A stretch of DNA of 64,000 nt from an uncultured bacterium (GTDB taxonomy: Bacteria; Patescibacteriota; Minisyncoccia; Phycocordibacterales; UBA9973), in the NCBI GenBank assembly GCA_903892035.1, contig CAITGV010000001.1, forward strand, positions 155,624 to 219,623, given 5' to 3'. The notes beneath the pieces are model-generated. The model had not been told where the DNA came from, did no database searches, and was given only the letters and a program-made list of their open reading frames with translations. Both the position numbers and the translations under genes were made by a program. Below are positions 25,968-35,561 of the stretch, one piece after another (the first letter of the stretch is position 1; the number at the start of each line of letters is the position of its first letter).

Positions 25968-26588
25968 TTATTTTGCTACCTCGGCTAGTGTCTCAGGTAC
26001 TACGACTGTGGGTGTAATTTCTGGAACAATTACTTGTGTAATTTTCTTTGCTGAAAGTTGTGCAAGTGCTGCCATAACTGCGCGACCATTGTTTAAACGA
26101 TTCTTACTTCCTGAATGAAGTTTTGAAGTGACATTTTTAAGACCTGCAAGAGTAAGTATATCACGAGCTGTACTTCCAGCTACAAGACCTTTTCCTCTGT
26201 TTGGCATGATTGTGATTTTTGCACTTGAAAACTTTGCAGAAACATCGTAAGGAATAGACATATCTTTTGTAGTCTTGATTTTGATCATTTGCTTACGAGC
26301 AGAACGGAGAGCTTTGTTGATAGCGAGTGCTGTGTCTCCAGCTTTTCCTGTACCCATTCCTACAGAACCTTTCTTGTCCCCTATTGCAAGTGCAACAGCA
26401 AAACTCATACGGCGTCCTCCAGAAACCACGCGAGTAACGCGACGGATTGAAATTATTTTTTGATCAAATTCTGGTTTTGGTCGATCTGCAAAAGTACGAG
26501 GTCCGCGGTCACCGCGTCCTTTAAAAGGAGGGCGTCCATTTGCACCACCTGCAGGAAAACTTTTTTTTGTGTCTTGAGTATTATCCAT
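25968..26588 (-). CDS. rpsE: 30S ribosomal protein S5
   Basis: S5 dsRBD/C-terminal domain pattern. Confidence 0.9.
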   Translation of the reverse strand: MDNTQDTKKSFPAGGANGRPPFKGRGDRGPRTFADRPKPEFDQKIISIRRVTRVVSGGRRMSFAVALAIGDKKGSVGMGTGKAGDTALAINKALRSARKQMIKIKTTKDMSIPYDVSAKFSSAKITIMPNRGKGLVAGSTARDILTLAGLKNVTSKLHSGSKNRLNNGRAVMAALAQLSAKKITQVIVPEITPTVVVPETLAEVAK

Positions 26589-26593
26589 ATAAT

Positions 26594-26944
26594 TTAAAAT
26601 TTAAGACCTGCCGCACGTGCTGCATCAGCAAGCTCTTTCACTCGGCCAGTGTACTTGAAACCGTTACGGTCAAATACAACACTTGTAATTTTCAAAGCTT
26701 TTGCACTACCCGCAACAGCTGTACCGACTTTCTTTGCGCGTTCTACTTTTGTACCACTCTTTTCTGTGACATCTGAAGCAGAAACCAAAGTCTTGCCAGC
26801 ATTGTCGTCAATGATTTGAGCGTACATGAATTTATTTGATTTGAAAACAGAAAGACGTGGACAATCTGCTGTACCAAAAATCTTTGCACGAATTTTTGCC
26901 TTTAATCGAAGTCTCTTTACTGTTTTGATTGATGTCTTTTTCAT
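26594..26944 (-). CDS. rplR: 50S ribosomal protein L18
   Basis: Pattern and position. Confidence 0.9.
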   Translation of the reverse strand: MKKTSIKTVKRLRLKAKIRAKIFGTADCPRLSVFKSNKFMYAQIIDDNAGKTLVSASDVTEKSGTKVERAKKVGTAVAGSAKALKITSVVFDRNGFKYTGRVKELADAARAAGLKF

Positions 26945-26973
26945 AGTTTTAGAAATTAGTCATTAGAAATTCT

Positions 26974-27510
26974 TTATGCGCTCTTCTTTCCTTGTTTGCG
27001 ACGTACAACCTCACCATCATAATGAAAACCTTTACCCTTGTAAGGCTCTGGCTTTTTCATACCGCGGATCTTTGCTGAAAATGCTCCAACAAGTTCTTTG
27101 TCGATACCTGTGATTGTGATATTGTTCTTTTCTGCTGTAACTGTAAGGCCTTCTGGAATAGGAACTGAAACTCCGTGTGAAAATCCAAGAGCAAGTTCGA
27201 GGTTTTTTCCTTTTACTTCACTTTTGAAACCAACTCCTTCCAATATAAGCTTCTTTGAGAAACCTGTATTCACACCTTCAATCATATTTTGAACGTGAGA
27301 AGCATATGTACCCCACAGTGCACGAGACAAAATATCTGCTGTGCTCTTTGGAAGAAAAGTAACTGTACCATCTGCAACAGTAATTTCGATTTCACTTCGG
27401 AAAGAACGTGAAAGACTTCCTTTTGGACCTTTCACAGTAATAACCAATCCGTTTTTTGTAACTTCGGTTTTCTCTGGGATCGTGATAATTTGTTTTCCAA
27501 TTCTACTCAT
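26974..27510 (-). CDS. rplF: 50S ribosomal protein L6
   Basis: Pattern and position. Confidence 0.9.
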   Translation of the reverse strand: MSRIGKQIITIPEKTEVTKNGLVITVKGPKGSLSRSFRSEIEITVADGTVTFLPKSTADILSRALWGTYASHVQNMIEGVNTGFSKKLILEGVGFKSEVKGKNLELALGFSHGVSVPIPEGLTVTAEKNNITITGIDKELVGAFSAKIRGMKKPEPYKGKGFHYDGEVVRRKQGKKSA

Positions 27511-27523
27511 AAAAATTTAAATA

Positions 27524-27913
27524 TTACCACATTGTAAACAATAATTCTCCTCCGACCATTTCTTTGCGGGCTTCTTTACCAGACATAATACCTTTTGGTG
27601 TCGAATATACAGCCAAACCATGACCATTTTTAATAGGTCGGATTTCTTTCATTCCCATATAAACTCGGCGTGATGGCTTTGAAATACGGTCAACTTCTTT
27701 TACTTTTCCTCCATTTTCATTGATGAGGATATTGAGTTCTAAGAATGGATGATTTTTCTTTGTCTTTTTTGAATATGACTTCAAGTAACCTTCTTTGATC
27801 AAACACTCAGCAACAGCTACTTTTAGTTTTGAGTAAGGCAAAAGCACTGTCTCCTTTTCTGCGAGACTAGCGTTTTTTATCATTGTTATCATTGATCCAA
27901 TTGGGTCTGTCAT
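27524..27913 (-). CDS. rpsH: 30S ribosomal protein S8
   Basis: Pattern and position. Confidence 0.9.
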   Translation of the reverse strand: MTDPIGSMITMIKNASLAEKETVLLPYSKLKVAVAECLIKEGYLKSYSKKTKKNHPFLELNILINENGGKVKEVDRISKPSRRVYMGMKEIRPIKNGHGLAVYSTPKGIMSGKEARKEMVGGELLFTMW

Positions 27914-27925
27914 AAAATATATATA

Positions 27926-28111
27926 TTACCAGCTTGACTTGCGAATTCCAGGAATCATTCCTTCATTTGCAAGTTCTCGGAAACAAATACGGCAAAGACC
28001 AAAATCACGGATGTAAGCGTGTCCACGGCCACAACGAAAACATCGGTTTGTTGCCCGAGTACTAAATTTTGGTGTCTTTTTTGATCTTGCGACTGTTGAT
28101 GTTTTTGCCAT
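27926..28111 (-). CDS. rpsN: 30S ribosomal protein S14, type Z (zinc-binding)
   Basis: 61-aa protein with CxxC...CxxC ([23 protein letters not shown]). Confidence 0.9.
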   Translation of the reverse strand: MAKTSTVARSKKTPKFSTRATNRCFRCGRGHAYIRDFGLCRICFRELANEGMIPGIRKSSW

Positions 28112-28254
28112 ATACAAATAAGGTTTTCATCAAGCAATATCTCGTTTTTTTTCTTAAAACCCCTACAAAATATCTTTCTGAAGGATTATAAGGAGAAAAA
28201 CGGATTAACCTGAACAAAACCATTCCTTTTCAGGAACTCCCCTATACTAGCAGA

Positions 28255-28285
28255 TAGCCCCTTTGATGTCAAATCAAAGGGGCTA
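28255..28285. promoter_or_regulatory. perfect 13-bp-stem hairpin (UAGCCCCUUUGAU-GUCAA-AUCAAAGGGGCUA) without a U-tract
   Basis: Lies in the leader region upstream of rpsN and downstream of ORF 28303..28725. Confidence 0.4.
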
Positions 28286-28302
28286 TACTCGTATCGTAAC
28301 CA

Positions 28303-28725
28303 TTAGTCAGGGAACGATACATTTGTGTCGGGGAACTCTCTTTGAATAATTCGAGAAATATCCTCAAAAGGCGATTTTTTGTTTTCCTGTTCATCAACAA
28401 GAAATACAAAACAATTATTTTCATATATCATCTGACCTTTCCAGAAACTTTCAAACTTTTGAGAGAATTCGACTTCAATTTGGTTTTCAGACAGTTCGTA
28501 CTGAATGAAATCTTTTAAAATCTGACTGTAATTTCCAGTCTTATTATTAAAAGAATTATCTTCAACACGAATCAACCATTTTCTGTCCGTTAAATTTTGC
28601 TTATTGCAAATTTCAAAGAAAATAAAATGGTGCTGTACGCCAAACAAATGAAGTTCGTCCCTAGACACATTAATGTCGGGTAAATCATCGAACTTTTTCA
28701 TTTTATTTTTATTAATTTTATCCAC
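28303..28725 (-). CDS. hypothetical protein (140 aa)
   Basis: ORF with no motif. Confidence 0.4.
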   Translation of the reverse strand: MDKINKNKMKKFDDLPDINVSRDELHLFGVQHHFIFFEICNKQNLTDRKWLIRVEDNSFNNKTGNYSQILKDFIQYELSENQIEVEFSQKFESFWKGQMIYENNCFVFLVDEQENKKSPFEDISRIIQREFPDTNVSFPD

Positions 28726-28786
28726 TCAAATACTATACTCCGTATATGTGCTTGTCAATTGGGGTTTTTATTGCTTAAATAGAGTA

Positions 28787-29362
28787 ATGAAAAAACACAT
28801 TATCACTTTGGCGGGAAAACTTGGAAGCGGAAAGAGTTCAACTGCAAACAAAGTTGCTGAAATTTTGGGATACAATAGAGTTTCCACTGGAGACTTTATG
28901 CGCACGATAGCTGACAGGCACGGCATCACCCTCGCAGAACTGCAAAAGCTAGCTGAAACTGACCCTACGACTGACACAGAGCTCGATGATTTAAATAAAG
29001 AAACAGGCACAAAAGAAAACATCGTTCTTGATTCTCGTCTTGGTTTCTTTTTTATACCAGAATCTTTTAAAGTTTTCCTTGAGCTTGATCCAAAAATTGC
29101 TGCAGAGAGAATTCTCGTTGATGCAGAAAAAAATCCAAATCGACAAAAAGAAAATGTTGGTGGTTTTCAAAATGCAGAGGAGATTGAAAAATCAATTACA
29201 GAACGTCTCGCTAGTGAGAGAAAAAGATATAAAGATTTATATGGAATAGAAGACCAAACTGCTCCAAGCAATTTCGATCTAGTAATCGACACCTCAAAAT
29301 TCCCTCTCGACACCGTCGCTCAAAAAATTGTAGAAGGATATAAAAGCTGGTTAAGCAAATAA
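28787..29362 (+). CDS. cmk: cytidylate kinase-like P-loop kinase
   Basis: P-loop LAGKLGSGKSS and collinear similarity to Cmk (LDSRLG, ERKRYKD, DLVIDTS). The likely start MKKHIITL lies inside the longer listed ORF. Confidence 0.55.
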   Translation: MKKHIITLAGKLGSGKSSTANKVAEILGYNRVSTGDFMRTIADRHGITLAELQKLAETDPTTDTELDDLNKETGTKENIVLDSRLGFFFIPESFKVFLELDPKIAAERILVDAEKNPNRQKENVGGFQNAEEIEKSITERLASERKRYKDLYGIEDQTAPSNFDLVIDTSKFPLDTVAQKIVEGYKSWLSK

Positions 29363-29428
29363 AATAGAAAAGTCCACCTAACTTTGGTAAGAAGATGGAC
29401 TTTAATCATTTTAAAAACTGCATTTCAT

Positions 29429-29968
29429 TTAAGGAGTATCGTACATTATTGTGCAAAATCCTGACGTACTTTCGTAAACCTGACTCCTAAATTCCGAGCT
29501 AAGTATTCTCAATGTTCTTCCTGTAACTTTGTGAGTTACTGTAAAAAACAAAGTGGTGTCTGTCAGCGTAGTTGGAAAAACAGATAAATCATCCGTACCA
29601 ACCCCAGCTTTTGCGTGCAGGTTCCATCCGCCCAAATCATGTTCAGACGTAATTACCATGTACCTTCGCTTTCCATTAACGTCTCCACTAAACCAGATTT
29701 CACCTGAATCACGTTGTGGAAACGCATACCCAAACACCTGACTTTTACCGGTATTGTACAAATACTTGATTGCGTACTTACCAGTGTACCCAGCAATTAC
29801 AGTGCTCGAATTGTTTTCAAAAGACGCCGAACTGTCCAAAATGTTGTACCTCATAATCTGCGGAGGTGCTGACGCTTGAACCACAGGTTCTGTGATTTCT
29901 TTTTTGCAACTCGTTATTACAAGCGCGAGGGCTAGGCATGCTAGCGTGAATAATTTTACTTTTCTCAT
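29429..29968 (-). CDS. putative lipoprotein (179 aa)
   Basis: Signal peptide with lipobox LVITSC. Confidence 0.5.
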   Translation of the reverse strand: MRKVKLFTLACLALALVITSCKKEITEPVVQASAPPQIMRYNILDSSASFENNSSTVIAGYTGKYAIKYLYNTGKSQVFGYAFPQRDSGEIWFSGDVNGKRRYMVITSEHDLGGWNLHAKAGVGTDDLSVFPTTLTDTTLFFTVTHKVTGRTLRILSSEFRSQVYESTSGFCTIMYDTP

Positions 29969-30161
29969 TATTATAAATTTATTGTTATTATTTAGTTACG
30001 TTTTCTCAAAGATCATAAAATCACTAAAAGAACGCAACTAATCCAGTAACAATTTTTTTCAAGGAACCAACCAACCCAAAGAATAGCATAAATATATACG
30101 TCTGTCAATACAAGAGTGAACTAATGCTGAATAAGGACTGTACTTGCGTATTCAAAAAAAA

Positions 30162-30261
30162 CTCCTGTCCCCCTTATCAGGAGAATAAATGCAAATACAA
30201 AAACTTGTCAGCAGTTTCCCTTCCTTGATAAGGGAAGGTGCCTGAAAGGCGGATGGGTTGT
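30162..30261. repeat. palindromic repeat element, copy D (hybrid of the two sub-families)
   Basis: CUCCUG-UCCCCCUUAU-CAGGAG, AAUAAAUGC, CCCUUCCUUGAUAAGGGAAGG, and the tail GGCGGAUGGGUUGU shared with copies E and F. Confidence 0.75.
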
Positions 30262-30270
30262 ATTAAGTAA

Positions 30271-30298
30271 AAAAAATCCCCTTACGAGGATTTTTTTT
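30271..30298. terminator. bidirectional intrinsic terminator
   Basis: A8-UCC...GGA-U8 hairpin. Confidence 0.6.
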
Positions 30299-30608
30299 AC
30301 TTACTTTTCTCTTTTATTTTTTTCTCAAGATTATTGAAACGTACCAGGAGAGAATCGAATTCATGGCGAGGAACAAAACGGTCGCCAACATTTAAAACTT
30401 CACGACGTGTAGCTTTTACGCTAATATCCATGGCATCCATTTTCTTTTCAACACCATCTAGTCGTACTTCAACTTTATCTAATTTTGATTCAACCTTTTC
30501 TAATCGTGAGTCAACTTTATCTAGCCTATAATCAACACCAGAAAAACCCTTTGCTACCATCATTGCCAAGGTATCCATAGTGACTTTTTTACTACCTATC
30601 TTATTCAT
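30297..30608 (-). CDS. coiled-coil repeat protein (103 aa)
   Basis: Tandem (R/K)LDKV(D/E)S(R/K)LEKVES-type repeats, flanked on both sides by terminators. Confidence 0.5.
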   Translation of the reverse strand: MNKIGSKKVTMDTLAMMVAKGFSGVDYRLDKVDSRLEKVESKLDKVEVRLDGVEKKMDAMDISVKATRREVLNVGDRFVPRHEFDSLLVRFNNLEKKIKEKSK

Positions 30609-30626
30609 ATAAACAGTATATCAGCA

Positions 30627-30656
30627 TAAAAAAATCCCCACAAGGGGATTTTTTTA
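30627..30656. terminator. bidirectional intrinsic terminator
   Basis: AAAAAAAUCCCC-ACAA-GGGGAUUUUUUU. Confidence 0.75.
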
Positions 30657-30666
30657 TGCTTAAGTT

Positions 30667-31209
30667 TTAGTCTTTTTTGAAAGGAAAACCGATAGCTTCA
30701 AAGAATGCAAGAGCTTCTTCTTTTGTTTTTGCAGATGTCACGAGTGTGATAGCCATTCCAAAAACATCCTTTATATCCTCATCGGCTGTTTCAGGGAAAA
30801 TTGTGTGTTCTTTGATACTAAATGTAAGGTTACCGATATTGTCTACAACCTTGCGAGCAATACCACGAAAGTCTTTTGTTCTAGGAAGAGAAACATTTAA
30901 AAGCTTATCTAGGAAAGCGTACATGCGTGGACCACGAAGAGTGATAACAACACCGATTGGATCTCCTTCACGAACTTTAAAAGAAGCAATTGATTTCTTT
31001 GCAGAGCGTAGAGATGGCTTTTGTCCTGTAATTTTTGCAAGACGTCCAACGATAAAATCATTGCGGTTTTTGTCGCGTTTTACTCCACTTCCAGTTCCAG
31101 ATGCAACTACAACTTTGAGCATTTTTGGCATAGACATTACATTTTTGTAGCCAAATTTCTTACTCATCATCTCAACTGCCTTTTTTTCTTTTTGTTTTAC
31201 TGATTCCAT
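30667..31209 (-). CDS. rplE: 50S ribosomal protein L5
   Basis: Pattern and position. Confidence 0.9.
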   Translation of the reverse strand: MESVKQKEKKAVEMMSKKFGYKNVMSMPKMLKVVVASGTGSGVKRDKNRNDFIVGRLAKITGQKPSLRSAKKSIASFKVREGDPIGVVITLRGPRMYAFLDKLLNVSLPRTKDFRGIARKVVDNIGNLTFSIKEHTIFPETADEDIKDVFGMAITLVTSAKTKEEALAFFEAIGFPFKKD

Positions 31210-31226
31210 ACAATATATATTATTAG

Positions 31227-31532
31227 CTATATTTCTTGTCCGCTCTTCTTACTGATACGAACATTTTTTCCATTAATATTCTTTTTGCCGACACGTGATC
31301 CCTCTCCTGTCTTTGGATCTACAATCATCACATTTGATGCAGAAAAACGTGTAGCAACATCGATGATTTGACCCTTTGCTCCTTCTTTTCGAGCACGTTG
31401 GTGTTTCTTTTTCATATTCACACCCTCCACAAGAACTTTGTTGTCAGCAACAAAAACAGAAATGACTTTTCCTTTCTTGCCTTTATCTTTTCCGGCAGTA
31501 ACTATTACATTGTCTCCTTTTTTGATTTTCAT
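31227..31532 (-). CDS. rplX: 50S ribosomal protein L24
   Basis: KOW motif KKGDNVIVTAGKDKGK. Confidence 0.9.
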   Translation of the reverse strand: MKIKKGDNVIVTAGKDKGKKGKVISVFVADNKVLVEGVNMKKKHQRARKEGAKGQIIDVATRFSASNVMIVDPKTGEGSRVGKKNINGKNVRISKKSGQEI

Positions 31533-31537
31533 AAAAT

Positions 31538-31909
31538 TTATATTACTTCTGGGGCTAATGAAATAATTTTCTGGTAACCTCTTTCAGCAAGCTCACGAGG
31601 AATTGGTCCGAATACACGACCTGCTTTTGGTTCATTTTTTTCTTTTTCCAAAATCACAACTGCATTGTCATCAAAACGTATATATGAGCCATCTTTTCGG
31701 CGGAAAGCTTTTGTTTGGCGAACAACGACTGCACGACAAACATCTTTTTTCTTAATAGCTTTACGTGGTGCTGCAACCTTGATTGAAATGATCACAGTAT
31801 CGCCTATTTGTGCATAGCGACGCTTTGAGTCACCAAGTACCTTGAAAACCTTTCCAACGGTTCCTCCGGCATTGTCTGTGATTTTTACTACTGTTCCATC
31901 TTGAATCAT
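31538..31909 (-). CDS. rplN: 50S ribosomal protein L14
   Basis: MIQDGTVVKITDNAGG... pattern. Confidence 0.9.
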   Translation of the reverse strand: MIQDGTVVKITDNAGGTVGKVFKVLGDSKRRYAQIGDTVIISIKVAAPRKAIKKKDVCRAVVVRQTKAFRRKDGSYIRFDDNAVVILEKEKNEPKAGRVFGPIPRELAERGYQKIISLAPEVI

Positions 31910-31915
31910 AAAATT

Positions 31916-32191
31916 TTATATAGTCTTAAAATGCTTATCTTTTGAAATTGGGCGAGTCTCGACGATAGTCACCTTGTCTCCAACTTTGTATTTGTTTACT
32001 TCATCGTGTGCTTTGTATTTCTTTGAAATCTTTACATGTTTCTGATATTTTGGATGCTTCACAAAGCGTGTGACAGACACTACTACAGTCTTGTCCATCT
32101 TGTCTCCAACCACTACTCCATCGAGAGTCTTTGGATTCTTCACCACAACTTTTCCATCTGCCTTTTTTGTTTTTTCTATAGTCTTTTTCAT
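31916..32191 (-). CDS. rpsQ: 30S ribosomal protein S17
   Basis: Pattern and position. Confidence 0.85.
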   Translation of the reverse strand: MKKTIEKTKKADGKVVVKNPKTLDGVVVGDKMDKTVVVSVTRFVKHPKYQKHVKISKKYKAHDEVNKYKVGDKVTIVETRPISKDKHFKTI

Positions 32192-32195
32192 AAAA

Positions 32196-32387
32196 TTATT
32201 TTGACATGCGAGCTTTTTGGGCTGTTAAAATTCTTGCAATGTCTTTCTTCATTGTATTTGCCCCTTTCACATTTTTGATCTTACCACCTGTGATATTGAA
32301 ACGGAAATGTTGAAGACCCTCGCTTTTCTCTTTAAGCATTGCTGTAAGTTCTGTATCTTTCATTTCTTTTGTGTTTAACTTTTTCAT
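32196..32387 (-). CDS. rpmC: 50S ribosomal protein L29
   Basis: Pattern and position. Confidence 0.85.
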   Translation of the reverse strand: MKKLNTKEMKDTELTAMLKEKSEGLQHFRFNITGGKIKNVKGANTMKKDIARILTAQKARMSK

Positions 32388-32400
32388 ACAATATAAATTA

Positions 32401-32823
32401 TTATCGGCTTATTACTCGAGTCTTAAGAGGAAGCTTTGTTCCAGCTTTGCGGAGAGATTCTTTTGCAATTGCTGCATCAACTCCATCAACTTCAAAAATA
32501 ATTCGGCCTGGGCGAACTTCGAAACAATAACCTTGCAAATCTCCTTTACCTTTTCCCATACCCACTTCTGGTGGTTTTGATGTAAAAGGCATATCTGGGA
32601 AAATTCTTATCCAAACTTTTCCAGATTTTGTGAGGTTGCGAGTCATTGCTTTTCTAGCTGCTTCGATTTGATTTGATTTTACACGTGCTGTTGATTCAGA
32701 CTTCAAACCAAAAGACCCAAAAGCAAGTTTGATGCCACGTGTGTCTGGAGTTTTATTCAAGGTATTTTTATTACCTCGAAACTTTTGCCACTTTCTGTGT
32801 TTTACTTTCTTTGGGAGCAACAT
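32401..32823 (-). CDS. rplP: 50S ribosomal protein L16
   Basis: Pattern and position. Confidence 0.9.
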   Translation of the reverse strand: MLLPKKVKHRKWQKFRGNKNTLNKTPDTRGIKLAFGSFGLKSESTARVKSNQIEAARKAMTRNLTKSGKVWIRIFPDMPFTSKPPEVGMGKGKGDLQGYCFEVRPGRIIFEVDGVDAAIAKESLRKAGTKLPLKTRVISR

Positions 32824-32827
32824 AAAA

Positions 32828-33505
32828 TTATTTTACTTCTACTTTATTATCTTTATTAAAAATTTCTCCGCGGTAAATCCAAACCTTAATACCAATGTCT
32901 CCATATGGAAGGTGTGCTTTTTCTCTTGCGAAATCAATATCTGCACGGAAAGTCTGAAGTGGAATTGATCCACGTTTTAGTTCTTCACTGCGAGCGATTT
33001 CAGCACCACCTAGGCGTCCTCCCAAAAGAATTCTTGCTCCTTCTACTCCGCGAGCAGACATTACTTTCTCGATTGTTTGTTTGATAACACGGCGGTAAGG
33101 CAAACGCTTTTCCATTCCTTCTGCGACAGAATACGCAACGAGTGCAGCATCTGCATCTGGAGAAACAACTTCCAAAATATCAATCTTCAATTCTTCTGGA
33201 ATTGCGATTTTGTTCTTTTGCATAAATTTGATTATGTCATTCTTCAATTTTACAGAACCTTCTCCTTGGCGACCGATGACCATACCTGGGCGTGATGTGC
33301 GGATGATGAAACGAGTTGATTTGCGATTGCGTTCTATTTCAATAGATGAAACATAAAAACCACGCATACGCTTTGTGAGGAATTCACGCACAAGCACATC
33401 TGTACGCAAGAAATCTTTGTATTTCTTGTCTGCAGCAAACCAGCGAGACTTCCAGTCTCTGATGATTACCAATCTATGTGCATATGGGTGTACTTTCTTT
33501 GACAT
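32828..33505 (-). CDS. rpsC: 30S ribosomal protein S3
   Basis: KH domain plus S3 C-terminal pattern. Confidence 0.9.
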   Translation of the reverse strand: MSKKVHPYAHRLVIIRDWKSRWFAADKKYKDFLRTDVLVREFLTKRMRGFYVSSIEIERNRKSTRFIIRTSRPGMVIGRQGEGSVKLKNDIIKFMQKNKIAIPEELKIDILEVVSPDADAALVAYSVAEGMEKRLPYRRVIKQTIEKVMSARGVEGARILLGGRLGGAEIARSEELKRGSIPLQTFRADIDFAREKAHLPYGDIGIKVWIYRGEIFNKDNKVEVK

Positions 33506-33509
33506 AAAA

Positions 33510-33836
33510 TTATTTTTCCATTAATTCAAGAGTGACTGTACTGCAACGCTTGTTGATGCGTGAAGCACTTCCTCGTGCTCTTGGCATTGAACGCTTTAAT
33601 ACGATACCTTTGTTTACTTCGATCTTTTTAATAAATAAATTGTCTTTTGCTATTGAATGATTTTGTTTTGCATTTGCTACAGCTGAGTCGATAAGCTTCT
33701 TTATAGGTAGTGATGCACGCTTAGCTAAAAATGAAAGCTCTGTAGTAGCTTCTAGGACATTTTTACCACGAATAAGACCCGCTATAAGGCGGACTTTTCG
33801 AGGTGACTGTCTGTAATTTTTTAAAATTGCTTTCAT
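33510..33836 (-). CDS. rplV: 50S ribosomal protein L22
   Basis: Pattern and position. Confidence 0.9.
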   Translation of the reverse strand: MKAILKNYRQSPRKVRLIAGLIRGKNVLEATTELSFLAKRASLPIKKLIDSAVANAKQNHSIAKDNLFIKKIEVNKGIVLKRSMPRARGSASRINKRCSTVTLELMEK

Positions 33837-33869
33837 TGTTTTAGAAATTAGATATTAGGCATTAGTCAT

Positions 33870-34217
33870 TTACTTTTTCTTTGTATCAGCAGTACTTGCT
33901 TTTGCAGCTTGAGCAGCAGCTATTTCAGATTCTTTCTTCTTAGCTTCAAGCTCTTTCTGCATCTTTCCTCCGTGTCTTACAAATTTGCGAGTAAGAGAAA
34001 ATTCACCTAGTCTGTGACCAACCATGTCTTCTGTAACCAAAACTTCAACATGAGTCTTTCCATTGTGCACGCCAAAGTTGAAACCAACCATTTCTGGTGA
34101 GATTTGACTTGCGCGTGACCACGTCTTAATCATGCCCGTTTCTAGCGGTTTCTTTCCGGCAATCTTTTTCAAGAGCCTTTCGTCGACGTATGGTCCTTTT
34201 TTGAGTGATCTTGTCAT
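33870..34217 (-). CDS. rpsS: 30S ribosomal protein S19 (with K/A/E-rich C-terminal extension)
   Basis: Core S19 pattern (GHRLGEF...R.F.GH) plus a ~25-aa tail. Confidence 0.9.
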   Translation of the reverse strand: MTRSLKKGPYVDERLLKKIAGKKPLETGMIKTWSRASQISPEMVGFNFGVHNGKTHVEVLVTEDMVGHRLGEFSLTRKFVRHGGKMQKELEAKKKESEIAAAQAAKASTADTKKK

Positions 34218-34254
34218 ATTTGCAATTAAAATAGCCCCTAAGAGCTAGTTGCCC

Positions 34255-34283
34255 TATATTAGCAAATTGTACTTATTTGTCAA
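34255..34283 (-). promoter_or_regulatory. sigma70-like promoter for the rpsS operon (TTGACA-N16-TAATAT on minus strand)
   Basis: Consensus hexamers ~35-65 nt upstream of the rpsS start. Consistent with the terminator after rplB, which separates the two ribosomal-protein operons. Confidence 0.5.
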
Positions 34284-34363
34284 ATTTTACGTATTGCGGT
34301 GCGATACCTAGGTGCTATAATAATATGTATTATTAATTATTGCTTCTATTTGAAGAAAATATT

Positions 34364-35155
34364 ATGTTTAACACAGAAAAATTAAAGGAAAATTCTGCAA
34401 ATGAAAATCTAAAGGATACTTCAGAGCAGACAGGTGAAAATACTCCTGGTCTTTTAGATAAAGGTGGGGAAAGATTGGAAAGTATTAAAAATTTTGTTTC
34501 ATCCACAAAAGACAAAGCTTCGGGCTTTTTCAAAAGTGTCGGTGGAAAAATTGGAGGAATGTTTAATCGTGGAAAAGAAATGATCCCTAGTATGAATACA
34601 GTGGCCACTGTTGCACTTTCTGCTCCAGAGATTGCAATAGCTGGAGGAAGATACGTCAGCAATAAACTTGACCAAGGCGCAGAAAAAGTTATGGACGGTG
34701 CAGATAAAATTGGCTACAAAATCGGTGAAGGTACAGAATACGTAGTAGGAAAAGTAAGTGAAGGTGCAAATTATGTCGGTGGAAAAATTGAAAAAGGTGC
34801 AATGAACACAAGTGCTTTTCTTGAAACAAAAGCTGAGCAAATGGCAATGTTTGCAACTGAAAAAGCAAACCTTGTTGCTGATGCTACATTATATGCTAAA
34901 GATAAAACAGTAGAGGGTTATCAAAAAGTTAGTAATGGAATTGCAAATCGCTACAATAGTGTAAAAGATTTTGCAGGTAAATCTATCGAAAGTGCTGGTA
35001 ATAGAATTTCTCAAATGAAAGAAAATATGAGAAATAAAATGAATGAAGCTCGCCAAATGCGCCTTATGCGTGAAATTGCAAATAACAATGCAAAAGCAAT
35101 GATGCATCAGAAAAAAGCTCAGGACTTACAAATGTTACTAAACATGGCTGCTTAA
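34364..35155 (+). CDS. hypothetical protein (low complexity; GxKIGG / YV(V/G)GKx repeats)
   Basis: ORF; the start could also be 34340. Confidence 0.45.
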   Translation: MFNTEKLKENSANENLKDTSEQTGENTPGLLDKGGERLESIKNFVSSTKDKASGFFKSVGGKIGGMFNRGKEMIPSMNTVATVALSAPEIAIAGGRYVSNKLDQGAEKVMDGADKIGYKIGEGTEYVVGKVSEGANYVGGKIEKGAMNTSAFLETKAEQMAMFATEKANLVADATLYAKDKTVEGYQKVSNGIANRYNSVKDFAGKSIESAGNRISQMKENMRNKMNEARQMRLMREIANNNAKAMMHQKKAQDLQMLLNMAA

Positions 35156-35169
35156 TTTAATATAAAATT

Positions 35170-35541
35170 ATGACATATCAAGAATATATACAAAAAGTTT
35201 TAGCTAGTGATGCTCTATCGCAAGATACAAAACAAAAAATCCAAGCATTGGGCGCTATAGAGGGTAGTGATGAAAATGTTGAAAAAATTAAAGACTTAAT
35301 TCAAAGTGATCTTGAAAAAGCTTACGCGGATGCTGGTGTGACTTTGAATGAAAATGATGATGACGTAAAAGCTATAAATGCTGAAATGGAAAGTGGTTTA
35401 CAGAAAGTTGAAGCTGACTTAAAAGCTGATATGGCTTTTGTCGAAACTGAATTAAAAGATTTGGAAGATATGGCAAAAGATGTCGATAACACCCTCACAG
35501 AAAGTAGAATAGGCACTCTTAAAAGCAACCTAACTGCATAA
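35170..35541 (+). CDS. acidic hypothetical protein (123 aa)
   Basis: D/E-rich predicted helical ORF with no motif. Confidence 0.4.
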   Translation: MTYQEYIQKVLASDALSQDTKQKIQALGAIEGSDENVEKIKDLIQSDLEKAYADAGVTLNENDDDVKAINAEMESGLQKVEADLKADMAFVETELKDLEDMAKDVDNTLTESRIGTLKSNLTA

Positions 35542-35561
35542 AATTAAAATTCTGCAATTAG

